Origin: Candidatus Krumholzibacteriia bacterium
GTDB lineage: Bacteria > Krumholzibacteriota > Krumholzibacteriia > JAJRXK01
NCBI GenBank assembly: GCA_041484665.1
Contig: JBGPIA010000003.1
Coordinates: 224,001 to 288,000, forward strand
DNA length: 64,000 nucleotides
Direction of reading: 5' to 3'
Shown: positions 1-9,441 of the stretch, piece after piece
Layout of the letters: each line of letters starts with the position of its first letter
Numbering within the stretch: the stretch's first letter is position 1
Notes under the pieces: model-generated
The model's input: the letters and a program-made list of their open reading frames with translations, nothing else
The model's database searches: none
What the model was told of the DNA's origin: nothing
Made by a program: the position numbers and the translations under genes

Positions 1-311
1 GAGCGCGCGAAGCCCTGGGCGGCCGGCGTGGGTCTGCCCTGCGCGTCGAACGCGGCCGCGACCGCAGGCCCGAGCTTCAGCTCGCGGCGCTCGCGTTGCG
101 CGAGGGCCACGTCGCGCACCAGCACGGCCAGGCGGCGCGGCGTGGCGAACTCCTGCGTGCCGTCGCGGCGGTACTCCACCGCGTTCTCGTCCAGCACACC
201 GAGCAGGTTCTCACGCAGCCGGGCCACCGCGGCAGGGATGTACCCGGCCGGGATCTCCTCGCTGCCGATCTCGAGCAGCAGGTCGGCGGAGGCCGGCTCA
301 GGACGCGACAT
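1..311 (-). CDS. glyS: Glycine--tRNA ligase beta subunit, N-terminal part (runs off the window start)
   Basis: Manual translation from ATG at 311 gives [24 protein letters not shown]...[11 protein letters not shown]...GP, the typical GlyS N-terminus. It overlaps the end of glyQ. Not in the ORF track because it is truncated. Confidence 0.93.
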   Translation of the reverse strand, partial: MSRPEPASADLLLEIGSEEIPAGYIPAAVARLRENLLGVLDENAVEYRRDGTQEFATPRRLAVLVRDVALAQRERRELKLGPAVAAAFDAQGRPTPAAQGFAR

Positions 312-1206
312 GGCCGCCTCCGTGCGCGTCGCGTCCCTTGGCCAGCAGCGGAAAGCCCATGGCCTCGCGCTTGGCCACGTAGGCCTTGGCCGCCATCTTG
401 GCCAGCCGCCGCACGCGGGCGATGTACCCCGTGCGCTCGGTAACGCTGATGGCGCCGCGTGCCTCGAGCACGTTGAACAGGTGGCTGCATTTGGTCACGG
501 CATCGTACCCGGGGAAGACCAACCCGCGCTCCAGCAGCTCCTGGGCCTCCTGCTCCCGCTCATCGAACCAGCGGAAGTAGCGCTCGACCCCCGCCGCTTT
601 GAAGTTGAATTCGCTGTACTCGCGCTCGAACTGGCCGTTGACCTCGCCCCAGGTCATCCCACCACCCCAGGCGAGGTCCAGGACGTGGTCGACGCGCTGC
701 AGGAACATCGCCAGGCGCAGCAGTCCATAGGTGAGCTCGGCACTCACCACGTCCAGCTCCAGCCCCCCGACTTGCTGGAAGTAGGTGAACTGCGTGACCT
801 CCATCCCGTCCATCCACACTTCCCAGCCCAGTCCCGCGGCGCCCAGCGTGGGCGACTCCCAGTCGTCCTCCACGAAGCGTACGTCGTGGTCCGCGGGGTC
901 GAAGCCGATGGCCTCCAGGCTGCGCAGGTAGAGGTCCTGCACGTTCTCGGGGGCCGGCTTCAGGACTACCTGGTACTGGAGGAACTGGTGCACGCGATTG
1001 GGGTTCTCTCCGTACCGTCCATCCTTGGGCCGCTTGCTCGGCTCTACGTAGGCCACCTTCCATGGCTCCGGCCCCAGGCAGCGCAGAAACGTGTTGGGAT
1101 TGAACGTGCCCGCCCCGACCTCGGAATTGTACGGTTGGGCGATCACGCACCCCTGCTCCATCCAGAAGCCCTGGAGCTTGTAGATCATCTCCTGTTCGCT
1201 GATCAT
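298..1206 (-). CDS. glyQ: Glycine--tRNA ligase alpha subunit
   Basis: Motifs [61 protein letters not shown]. Start is ATG 1206 or 1212. Confidence 0.97.
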   Translation of the reverse strand: MISEQEMIYKLQGFWMEQGCVIAQPYNSEVGAGTFNPNTFLRCLGPEPWKVAYVEPSKRPKDGRYGENPNRVHQFLQYQVVLKPAPENVQDLYLRSLEAIGFDPADHDVRFVEDDWESPTLGAAGLGWEVWMDGMEVTQFTYFQQVGGLELDVVSAELTYGLLRLAMFLQRVDHVLDLAWGGGMTWGEVNGQFEREYSEFNFKAAGVERYFRWFDEREQEAQELLERGLVFPGYDAVTKCSHLFNVLEARGAISVTERTGYIARVRRLAKMAAKAYVAKREAMGFPLLAKGRDAHGGGHVAS

Positions 1207-1233
1207 CGCCATTCCTGTTCGCTGATCATCGCC
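1190..1233. repeat. Perfect 21-bp tandem duplication spanning the glyQ start codon
   Basis: tcctgttcgctgatcatcgcc occurs at 1190-1210 and 1213-1233. Confidence 0.95.
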
Positions 1234-1294
1234 GTTTCGGCTCGCTGCACATCGAAGGACCCGCCCACCCGTGATCGGCGCGGCTGCCCGCTCT

Positions 1295-2080
1295 TCATCT
1301 CCGCACATCGTCCGTCCAGACCAACGCGCGCGGCAGCCGGTAGCTGGGCAGATGGAAGGTCATGTGGTCGTGGAGCAGCCGGCCCACGGCGCGCCGCGCA
1401 CGCGCGTCCAGCTCCGGCAGCGGCCCCGCCTCCAGGCACGTCGCCACCGCCTCCAGATCGCGCAAACCCTCGCGATCGATCCACCGCGCGGGCGCCTGGC
1501 TGCACCTCTCGCAGGTCAGACTGCCGTCCTGCGGCCGGTACCCGGCGCGCGCCGCTTGGCGCAGGGGTGCACCACACTCCCCGCAGGCGATCGCGTCCAG
1601 CCCCAGCCCAAAGCTCTGCAGCAGCGCAGCCTCCAGGCCGAAGAACAGGGCCCACGTCGGCGCGGGTCCCGCCTCGTGCCAGCGGTCCAGGAAGCGGCTG
1701 TAGATGCGCGCGATCTCGGGAAGCGGCTCGCGCTCCGGCAGCAGACGCTGCGCCAGCTCCAGCGCGGCGAGCAGATGGAAAAGCTTATCGAGGCCTCCCG
1801 CCCCGGTCAAGGCGGCCCTGTGCAGCGTGGCGTCCGCCAGGATCCACAGCTCGCGGTCGGCGCGCGGATAGAAGACCAGCTGCAGCTCGTTGCCCGGCTC
1901 GAGCAGGTGCGCGAGGCGGTGCCCGGGCGCGCGCACGCCCTTGGCCACCAGCTTCACGTGGCCGTGCGCTGCGGTCAGCGCGCTCACGATGCGGCTGGTC
2001 TCGCTCAGCTTGATGCTGCCGAGCACGACCGCCTCGTCCGCCACGGGCCCCCGGCGCAGCGTCGCTCCCATGGCGCTCAA
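1295..2080 (-). CDS. recO: DNA repair protein RecO
   Basis: N-terminal '[17 protein letters not shown]...[11 protein letters not shown]' OB-fold, Zn finger CGECG...CERC, and position upstream of glyQ. Start uncertain (2080 or 2071). Confidence 0.92.
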   Translation of the reverse strand: MSAMGATLRRGPVADEAVVLGSIKLSETSRIVSALTAAHGHVKLVAKGVRAPGHRLAHLLEPGNELQLVFYPRADRELWILADATLHRAALTGAGGLDKLFHLLAALELAQRLLPEREPLPEIARIYSRFLDRWHEAGPAPTWALFFGLEAALLQSFGLGLDAIACGECGAPLRQAARAGYRPQDGSLTCERCSQAPARWIDREGLRDLEAVATCLEAGPLPELDARARRAVGRLLHDHMTFHLPSYRLPRALVWTDDVRR

Positions 2081-2730
2081 GGGGCCGCGCGCAGCCGCGA
2101 CACCGCCTCCCCCAACCGATCGCGCCCGGCGTCGGAGACCACGGCGCCCCCGGACATCACCAGCTTGAGCCCGTCCTCGGCGGTGAGCGCAAGCTCGACG
2201 ATGTCCGCGCGGGGGAGGATCAGCAGGAACCCGGTCGTGGGATTGGGCGTGGTGGGCAGGAACACGTTCACGAAGGCCTCGCTGCGCGCCCCCTGCAGCT
2301 CGTTGGTCACGAAGCCCACCGAGTAGAGTCCGGGGCGCGGATACTCGAACAGCACCACCTTGCGGAATGCCGACCGCTTCTCCGCCAGCAGGAGGGTCGA
2401 GAGCTCCCGGATGGAGACGTAGATCGCCTTGATCAGGGGGATGCGCGACACCAGCCGGTCGAAGGCCGCGATGGCGGCGCGGCCCAGCCCCTTGCTGGCC
2501 AGGTAGCCCACGAGCATCACGAGCAGGACGGCGGCCAGCAGTCCGATCCCCGTGAAGCCCGACTCCGGAATGCGCGAGCCGAGCCGCGGGACGCTCTTGA
2601 GCAACGGCCGCAGCCAGCCGTCAATGGCGCGCAGCACTGTCAGGAACACCCACCCGGTGATGGCCGCCGGCGCCAGAACCAGCATTCCCGTCAGCAGCGA
2701 GCGCCGCAGCGACGCCCGGGTGGGCCTCAC
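2077..2730 (-). CDS. DUF502 family membrane protein
   Basis: Two TM helices, 'RIPLIKAIY', 'VLFEYPRPG', 'VFLPTTPNPTTGFL'. Confidence 0.9.
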   Translation of the reverse strand: MRPTRASLRRSLLTGMLVLAPAAITGWVFLTVLRAIDGWLRPLLKSVPRLGSRIPESGFTGIGLLAAVLLVMLVGYLASKGLGRAAIAAFDRLVSRIPLIKAIYVSIRELSTLLLAEKRSAFRKVVLFEYPRPGLYSVGFVTNELQGARSEAFVNVFLPTTPNPTTGFLLILPRADIVELALTAEDGLKLVMSGGAVVSDAGRDRLGEAVSRLRAAP

Positions 2731-4046
2731 GACGCCTCCTCCAGCTGACCCATGGCGGTCCCCTTCTGTGGCTGGCGCAGCTCGGATTGAGCGTGGAGCG
2801 TGACCTGGCGGATGCGCTGGCGGTCGACCCGATCGATGGTGAAGCGCAGGTCACCGAACTCGATCTGCTCGCCGCGGGCCGGGACCTTGCCCGCCAGCGC
2901 ATAGAGCAATCCCGCCAGCGTGTCGCTCTCCTGCGTGGGAAGCGAGAGCCCCAGCGACTCGTTGAGATCGTCCAGATCGATGCGCGGGTCGATCACGGCG
3001 CGGTGGGCGTCCACCAGGCGGATGAGCTCGCCCTCCGTATCGAACTCGTCCTGGATCTCGCCCACGATCTCCTCGAGGATGTCCTCGAGCGTCACGATGC
3101 CGGCCGTGCCGCCGTACTCGTCCACCACGACGGCCAGGTGGACGCGCCGGTCGCGGAACTCGTGGAGCGCCTCGCCGATCTTCTTGCTCTCAGGCAGGAA
3201 GTGGACGGGACGCAGCAGTTGGCGCACGGTGGGCGACTCGCCCCGCGCCTGCGCCCACAGCAGCTCCTTGGTGTGCAGGATCCCCAGAATACGGTCCTGG
3301 CTCCCCTCCCACACCGGCAGGCGCGTGAAGCGCTCGCTGGAGGCGAGCTGGATGGCCTCCGCCAACGGCGTGTCCACGTCCAGCCCCACCATGTCGATGC
3401 GCGGGACCATGATCTCGCGCAGCTCGGTGTCGCGCAGCTCGAAGATGCCGCGCACCCAATCGCGCTCCTGCGGGCGCAAGCCAGGCGTAGCGTCCTCCTC
3501 CTCGAGGATCTCGAGGATCTCGCGGCCAGAGAACGGCGGCGAGATATCCACAGCCCAGACACGGGGCGCTAGGCGCGAGAGCGCGCCCTCCAGCGAAAGC
3601 GTCAGCGGCCGCAGCAGCACGAACAGCGGTAGCGCCAGCCCGGTGCCCCAGCGCGTGACTTCGAGAGGCCGCGCCAGTGCCAGGGAGCGCAGCGCGATGG
3701 ATCCGACCAGGACGGCCGCCAGGAAGACCGCCCAGGCCAGGAACCAACCCGCCAGGCCCGCGGGCCGGATCACCCGCGCGCAGCCCGCAGCATACGCGGC
3801 GGCCGCCCACAGCAACGCGAGCATGCAAGCGCAGGACAACGTGAGGAGCACGGCGCGCGGGTGCGAGCGCAGCCGCCCCCACGGCTTCCAGTGCGCGTGC
3901 TCGGGGAGCAGGCCTTCGCGCTGCATGCGCAGGTAGGTGGTCAACGCCGCGATCATGCCCGAGAGCACGATGCACAGCAGCAGGCCCGTCACCAGCGCCG
4001 CGATCACCCACGCCAAGGCCGCCGTCTCGCCCTGCGCGCCATTCAC
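2727..4046 (-). CDS. Hemolysin/CNNM-CorC family protein (TM region, 2x CBS, CorC_HlyC)
   Basis: 'REIMVPRIDM', 'FTRLPV', 'AVVVDEYGGTAGIVTLEDILEEIVGEIQDEFD', 'DTLAGL'. Confidence 0.92.
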   Translation of the reverse strand: MNGAQGETAALAWVIAALVTGLLLCIVLSGMIAALTTYLRMQREGLLPEHAHWKPWGRLRSHPRAVLLTLSCACMLALLWAAAAYAAGCARVIRPAGLAGWFLAWAVFLAAVLVGSIALRSLALARPLEVTRWGTGLALPLFVLLRPLTLSLEGALSRLAPRVWAVDISPPFSGREILEILEEEDATPGLRPQERDWVRGIFELRDTELREIMVPRIDMVGLDVDTPLAEAIQLASSERFTRLPVWEGSQDRILGILHTKELLWAQARGESPTVRQLLRPVHFLPESKKIGEALHEFRDRRVHLAVVVDEYGGTAGIVTLEDILEEIVGEIQDEFDTEGELIRLVDAHRAVIDPRIDLDDLNESLGLSLPTQESDTLAGLLYALAGKVPARGEQIEFGDLRFTIDRVDRQRIRQVTLHAQSELRQPQKGTAMGQLEEAS

Positions 4047-4047
4047 G

Positions 4048-4575
4048 TCAGCTCACCGCCTTCCGCGTCCGCCGCGCTGGCCGCGGGACCCGGGCCAGCA
4101 ACGCGCGCTGCCGCGCCTCCATCCGCGCCGCCTCGCGATTCTCGCGGTGGTCGAAGCCCAGCACGTGGAGCAGTCCGTGGGCCACCATCAATAGCAGGTC
4201 CTCCTCGGAGTCGGGGGTGCCGGGATTGCGCCGCCGCACGGTGTCGAGGCTGATCAGCACCTGCCCCACGAGCACCGGCGACATGGCGGCCGGCTTGGGA
4301 TCGCAGAACGCGCGCGCGCGCGCCCGACCCGCCAGCAGCGCGGCGCGCCGGCGCTCGTGGCCGCTCAAGTAGGAGAACGACAGCACGTCGGTCGCAGCGT
4401 CCTTGCCGCGGTAGGCGTGGTTGAGGGCGCGCAGCCGTCCGTCGGTGGTCAAGACGACCTCCAGCACGCCGTCGCGCGGTCCGGCGCAGGCCACCAGGCG
4501 CCGCGCGCGGCGACGCCACTCAGGCCCCGGGCGCCAAGCCCGCGCCCTTGCGTCGAGCACGAGCTCGAGCGTCAA
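4048..4575 (-). CDS. ybeY: rRNA maturation endoribonuclease YbeY
   Basis: 'LNHAYRGKDAATDVLSF' and 'HGLLHVLGFDH' metal motif; phoH-HD-ybeY context. Confidence 0.95.
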   Translation of the reverse strand: MTLELVLDARARAWRPGPEWRRRARRLVACAGPRDGVLEVVLTTDGRLRALNHAYRGKDAATDVLSFSYLSGHERRRAALLAGRARARAFCDPKPAAMSPVLVGQVLISLDTVRRRNPGTPDSEEDLLLMVAHGLLHVLGFDHRENREAARMEARQRALLARVPRPARRTRKAVS

Positions 4576-6829
4576 GTCCCTCCTGCTCCTTCTGGTCCTC
4601 GTGGGCCGACTGCCCGGGGTAGGCGACCCGCTCGTGATGGATGCTGACGAGGATCGGGATGAAGGCCTCGCGCACCTTGGCGAGATCCGCCAGCGTAAGC
4701 CCGCACTCGTCGAGCTCGCCCTCGGCCATCCTGCGCTCGAACACCTTGCGCGTCATCTCCCGGATACGGCTGGGCGTGGGGCGGCGCAAGGACCGCGTGG
4801 CCGCCTCGACGCCGTCCGCCAGCATCACGATCGCAGTCTCGCGGCAGCGGGGCCGCGGCCCGGGATAGCGGAAATCGTCCACGCTCACGGCCCCGCCGTC
4901 GTCGCGCTCGAGCGCCTTCTGGTAGAAATACTGCATGACGGTGGTCCCGTGGTGCTCCGGAATGAAATCGGTCACCGTGGCGGGCAGCCCCCACTGCCGT
5001 CCCAGCTCGACGCCGTCGCGCACGTGCGCCGCAATGACCATGGCGCTCATGGAGGGTGTCAGGTCGTCGTGGACGTTCTCCCCCGACTGGTTCTCCACGT
5101 AGTAGCGAGGCTTGAGCATCTTGCCGATGTCGTGGTAGCTGGCCCCCACGCGCGCCATCAGGCTGTTGGCGCCGATGGCGTGGGCCCCCGCCTCGGCGAG
5201 CTGGCCCACCACCTGGCTGTGGTGGAACGTGCCCGGCGACTCCAGCGCCATGCGCCGCATGAGCGGATGGTTGAGGTCGCTGAGCTCCAGCAGCGTCAGG
5301 TCGGTCGTCGCGCCGAACAGCGCCTCGAACATGGGGAGCAGGAACAGGGCGAGCACCGCGCTGGCGAAGGCGCCGATGGCGCCCAGGGCGATCTCGCGGC
5401 CGAGATCTGCGGATCCGCTGGAGAGCGCCAGCGCGGTCACGGCCGCAGCCGAGGTTACCGACACCACCGCCATGGACTTGTAGAACTGGTTGCGGTGGCG
5501 CACCCGCCGGATCGAGCGCACTGCGGCCACGGCGATCGCAACCCAGACCACGGCCATGGGCGCCGGCGCAGCGGCCGCGACCGCCAGCAGCAGGATCCCC
5601 GCCAACGCCACGCGCAGACCGTTGCCTTCCCCCAGCAGCACCGTGCCCAGCATGGCGGGCAAGGCGATCGGCACCGCGACTGGCGAGAGTCCGGGCCGCG
5701 CAACGACCAGCGAAGCCAGGCAGAGGAACAGGCCCAGCAGCGAGGACATGAGCAGGCTCGCACGCGCGCTCACCAGGTTGCGGCGCTCCGCCCGGGCGGC
5801 CAGGTGCAGCAGACCGCCCATGACGATGAGCACCTGCAGCGCGCGCCCCGCCAACAGCCGTACGCGCAGTCGCCCGCCGACGGCCGCCGCCCGGCGCGCC
5901 AGCTCCTCCTCCAGCGCGTCCAGCAGCCGCCGGTGATCGAGTGTCACGTGGGATCCGGCCCGCAGGATCAGTTCTCCGCGCGCGTAGGCGCGGTCCTCCA
6001 CCACGTCGGCCGCCCCCGCGCGCCGGCGCACCTCCGTCGCCTCGTCGTCGTAGCTGAGGTTTGCAGACAGCAGCAGCCCGAGCGTGCGGGCGAGCGCCGT
6101 CGCCTCTGCCGGCTCGAGCCCGCCGCGCGCCAGCGCGGCCGCGCGGTCGCGCAGGTGATCGCTGGAGACCAGGGCGTCAAGGGGCCGGGCGATCTCGGCT
6201 CCACTCCCCGGCTCGATCACGCGCACGGACGTATACGACCCCGACGGGAGCAGGTCGGCGATGCCGCCCCCGATGATCGCATCGGCCAGCTCCTGGGTCG
6301 CGCGCCGCAGCGCCTCGCCGCGCGTCGGATCGACGAAGGAGACCGCGTCGGGAGCTAGCACGCGCGCCACGCGCCGCGTGAGCAGCGACGCGCGCTCGGG
6401 CACCGCCAGGTCGCCGCGGGTGGAGGCGTCGCGGGACTGCTCGACCAGCTCCGCGACGCGCCGGCGCAACTGCGCGTTGGCTCCGGGGATGGCACGGTAG
6501 ACCGGCTCCACGCCGGCCGCTGCCTGGCGTCGCGCCGCCTCCAGCTCGCGCTGCGGCCGCGGCCCGTAGAACGTGAACGGCGCCCGCAGGTCCTCGTCGG
6601 CGACGGCACCCACCTCGAGGTCGTAGGCCTGGGTGATCGGGCTGGGAGGGAACAGCAGCAAGTGCAGGACGGCCACCGCGGCCGGCGGCAGGAGTGCAAT
6701 GCACAGGCGCACCGCGCGCCCGGGCCACCTCCCGCCCGGGGGCGGAGACGGCGCGCCGCGCGCGGCGGCCTCGGGCGAGGACACGCCCATCCCCCTCCGC
6801 GCGCCCAACAGCCCTAGGAGGGATCTCAT
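4520..6829 (-). CDS. 7TM-HD phosphohydrolase (PgpH/YqfF-like, putative cyclic-di-AMP phosphodiesterase)
   Basis: Extracellular domain, multiple TM helices, then 'SPGTFHHS', 'YHDIGK', 'HHGT', 'FRYPGPRP', 'MLADGVEAATRS'. Confidence 0.9.
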   Translation of the reverse strand: MRSLLGLLGARRGMGVSSPEAAARGAPSPPPGGRWPGRAVRLCIALLPPAAVAVLHLLLFPPSPITQAYDLEVGAVADEDLRAPFTFYGPRPQRELEAARRQAAAGVEPVYRAIPGANAQLRRRVAELVEQSRDASTRGDLAVPERASLLTRRVARVLAPDAVSFVDPTRGEALRRATQELADAIIGGGIADLLPSGSYTSVRVIEPGSGAEIARPLDALVSSDHLRDRAAALARGGLEPAEATALARTLGLLLSANLSYDDEATEVRRRAGAADVVEDRAYARGELILRAGSHVTLDHRRLLDALEEELARRAAAVGGRLRVRLLAGRALQVLIVMGGLLHLAARAERRNLVSARASLLMSSLLGLFLCLASLVVARPGLSPVAVPIALPAMLGTVLLGEGNGLRVALAGILLLAVAAAAPAPMAVVWVAIAVAAVRSIRRVRHRNQFYKSMAVVSVTSAAAVTALALSSGSADLGREIALGAIGAFASAVLALFLLPMFEALFGATTDLTLLELSDLNHPLMRRMALESPGTFHHSQVVGQLAEAGAHAIGANSLMARVGASYHDIGKMLKPRYYVENQSGENVHDDLTPSMSAMVIAAHVRDGVELGRQWGLPATVTDFIPEHHGTTVMQYFYQKALERDDGGAVSVDDFRYPGPRPRCRETAIVMLADGVEAATRSLRRPTPSRIREMTRKVFERRMAEGELDECGLTLADLAKVREAFIPILVSIHHERVAYPGQSAHEDQKEQEGLDARARARRKGAGLAPGA

Positions 6830-7797
6830 GATTGGGCCTTGCTCTGCCCTGTCTCTTCCTGGCCGTTGAACGCGGCAACGATGCGGCGGACCAGCGGGTG
6901 GCGCACGACGTCGGACTCGTTCAGCTCGATGAACGCGACGCCGTCGACTCCATGGAGGATCTTACGGACGAGGATGAGGCCGCTGGCGGCGGGGTTCTGC
7001 AAGTCGATCTGCGTGATGTCCCCTGTGACGATGGCGCGCGTTCCCTCGCCGAAGCGCGTCAGGAACATCTTCATCTGGCCCAGGGTCGTGTTCTGCCCCT
7101 CGTCGAGGATCACGAACGCGCGGTTCAGCGTACGACCGCGCATGTAGGCAAGCGGCGCCACTTCGATCGTCCCCGTCGAGAGAAGGCGGGCGAGGCGCTG
7201 GGCGCCGAGGCACTCGGTCAGCGCGTCGTAGAGCGGTCTCAGGTAGGGGTCCACCTTCTCCTGGAGGTCGCCCGGGAGGAAGCCGAGCTGCTCGCCGGCC
7301 TCGACCGCGGGCCGCGCCAGCAGGATCCGGTCGACCTCGCGCCGCTCCAACGCCTTCACCGCCATCACGACGGCGAGGTAGGTCTTGCCCGTACCGGCTG
7401 GGCCGACCGCGAACACTACGTCGTGTTGGCGCATCGCCTCGACGTAGACGGCCTGGCCGGCTGTGCGGGGATGGATCGCCACCTGCCGGGTGGCGGTCAA
7501 CGCCAGCGGCTCCTCGGCGGGATCCGCAGTGCTGGACTCCGCGCCGCGCAGGATGCGCTCGATGCTGCTCGGGTCGACCGGCCGTCCGCGCCGCGCCCAC
7601 TCGATCAGCAGGCCGACGGCCCGGGTCATGGAGTCGACGTGCTCGGCGTCGCCCTCCAGGATTAGCTCGTCGCCGCGCACGACCAGTGTCCCGGGGAAAT
7701 GATCCTCGAGCCGGCGGAGATTGGCGTCGTGGTGGCCCAGGAAGGTCAGCAGGTCCAGCCCCTGCAAGGAGATGGTCGTGCGTTTGTCGTTGTTCAT
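6826..7797 (-). CDS. phoH: PhoH family ATPase
   Basis: 'GPAGTGKTYLA', 'RPAVEAGEQLGFLPGDLQEKVDPYLRPLYD', 'APLAYMRGRTL', 'DEGQN', 'GDITQID'. Start taken at ATG 7797. Confidence 0.95.
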   Translation of the reverse strand: MNNDKRTTISLQGLDLLTFLGHHDANLRRLEDHFPGTLVVRGDELILEGDAEHVDSMTRAVGLLIEWARRGRPVDPSSIERILRGAESSTADPAEEPLALTATRQVAIHPRTAGQAVYVEAMRQHDVVFAVGPAGTGKTYLAVVMAVKALERREVDRILLARPAVEAGEQLGFLPGDLQEKVDPYLRPLYDALTECLGAQRLARLLSTGTIEVAPLAYMRGRTLNRAFVILDEGQNTTLGQMKMFLTRFGEGTRAIVTGDITQIDLQNPAASGLILVRKILHGVDGVAFIELNESDVVRHPLVRRIVAAFNGQEETGQSKAQS

Positions 7798-7891
7798 GGA
7801 GCGGCGGCGAAGGAAGAGCCGACCGGGAGGCAAGACCGGCGGATCAGGCGCATCCGACGCCTCGGGCGGTACCGAGCGGTTCCACGGCCAG

Positions 7892-7921
7892 AATCTAGCG
7901 CAGTCCCCAGCGCCCCGGCAA
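7892..7921 (-). promoter_or_regulatory. Putative sigma70 promoter of the phoH operon
   Basis: TTGCCG-N18-TAGATT on the minus strand, about 95 nt upstream of the phoH start. Confidence 0.45.
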
Positions 7922-8101
7922 GGCGCCCTCCTGCCCCGCACCGGCCGGGGTGCTTTGGCCAGGCGGTCCTGCGTCCCGGGCCCGCCGCGCACGTCCGTCA
8001 CTTGATCGTCGGGCGCCCGCCCGGGAGACCGGCGGCGCGCCCCCGCCCGGCGGAAGCGCGTCATCCTGGCCGCGGCGGGCCTGGTCCACCGACCCAGGGG
8101 G

Positions 8102-8839
8102 CTAGCGGCCTCCGACGCGCTCGGAGCCGCCGGAACCCTCCCGCGGAATCGTCAGCACCCAACCCGGCATGATCAAGTTGGGGTCCTTGATGCGGTCCCG
8201 GTTGGCCTCGAACAGCTTGGGCCACATCGAGCGCTGATCGAAGACCTCCCAGTAGCCGGCGATGCGCGAAAGGAACTCGCCCTGGGACACCGTCCAGCTG
8301 TGGGGCCAATCGCGCGGAATGGTGAGCACCCAACCTGGGTGGATCACGTTGGGGTTGTGGATCTTGTCGCGGTTGGCGCGGTACAGTCGCGGCCACTTGA
8401 GCTTGTCGGCGTAGATCTCCTCGTTGGCCGCAATCCTGGCCAGGAACTCGCCTTCCTTCACCGTCCAGGACTTCGGGAGGTTCTCGAAGTAGGTGACCTC
8501 CGCCTGGAGCTTGTCAGACTCACCCTTGGCGGCCGTGGTGCGGCTCTCCAGGTCGTGCACCTCGGCCTGCACGCTCGCAACCTGGGCCGCGTTCTTCTCG
8601 GCTTCGGTCCGCGCGCTGGCGGTCGCCGCCTGGAGCCGGTTGAGCTCCGCGTCGAGCGCAGCGCAATAACTCTGGTATTTGTCCTTCTTGAGCCGGGCGA
8701 CTTCGTCGGCGTTGTAGTACTCGCCCTTGCCCACGTCGACGTTGCGCGTGACCTTCGAGGAGCATCCCCCAAGCAGCAGCGCCGCGGCGAAGGCGGTCGC
8801 GCCCGGGCAGCGCACCAAGAAGAGCCTTCTGGATCGCAT
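8102..8839 (-). CDS. Lipoprotein with coiled coil and two C-terminal LysM domains
   Basis: Lipobox LLGGC, heptad-rich middle region, two repeats of 'WTVxxGEFLxRIA...WPxLxxANRDxIxxPNxIxPGWVLTIPR'. Confidence 0.9.
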   Translation of the reverse strand: MRSRRLFLVRCPGATAFAAALLLGGCSSKVTRNVDVGKGEYYNADEVARLKKDKYQSYCAALDAELNRLQAATASARTEAEKNAAQVASVQAEVHDLESRTTAAKGESDKLQAEVTYFENLPKSWTVKEGEFLARIAANEEIYADKLKWPRLYRANRDKIHNPNVIHPGWVLTIPRDWPHSWTVSQGEFLSRIAGYWEVFDQRSMWPKLFEANRDRIKDPNLIMPGWVLTIPREGSGGSERVGGR

Positions 8840-8864
8840 GGTCGCTCCTTCCTTCCGGCCAGTC

Positions 8865-9143
8865 CTACCGGCCGCTGCCCTTCTTGAGCTCCTCCAGCTT
8901 GGCCTGCAGCTCCTTCGGATCGGGAAGGGCCGCCACCTGGCGCGTGAGCTCGGTCTTCTTCTGCTCGGCGGCGCTCAGCTCGGTCTTGCTGCCCTGCGCC
9001 TTCGCGGTCGCCGTCTGCACGTCGGCGCGCGCCGTTTCGATCTTGCTGGGGTCGGTGGAGCACGGCGCGTTCTTGCTGCAGCCGGCCGCCAGCAGGGCGC
9101 CCAGCAGCATCGACGCCACGCACCACTTCCTCACATTGCCCAT
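8865..9143 (-). CDS. Small coiled-coil lipoprotein
   Basis: MGNVRKW... with lipobox LAAGC; RBS ggaggtg upstream; A/K/E-rich helical body. Confidence 0.8.
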   Translation of the reverse strand: MGNVRKWCVASMLLGALLAAGCSKNAPCSTDPSKIETARADVQTATAKAQGSKTELSAAEQKKTELTRQVAALPDPKELQAKLEELKKGSGR

Positions 9144-9234
9144 CGCCAACACCTCCGTCGAGACCTCCACCACACAAAGCACCCACCCGCGCGGTCTGCC
9201 CACCGCGTGGGAGCAGCGCTCGTAGCGCGAGGCC

Positions 9235-9263
9235 AGTCTAGGATCGGCCCCCGGGGGTGTCAA
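9235..9263 (-). promoter_or_regulatory. Sigma70 promoter for the lipoprotein/LysM pair
   Basis: TTGACA-N17-TAGACT. Confidence 0.75.
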
Positions 9264-9441
9264 GCGAAGGTGGGCACAAGACCGCGTGGCGGGCCCAGTT
9301 GCGCGATCGGACGCCGCGCGGCGGGCGCGCAGCTGCCCCTGGGCGGCCAGGCGCGCGGCAGCCCGCAAGCCTTCGGGTGACGCACGTCCAGCGGGCGATC
9401 CCCCGCAGAGCGCCGTCGGGTCTTCCGTCCGCCCGAGGGAC

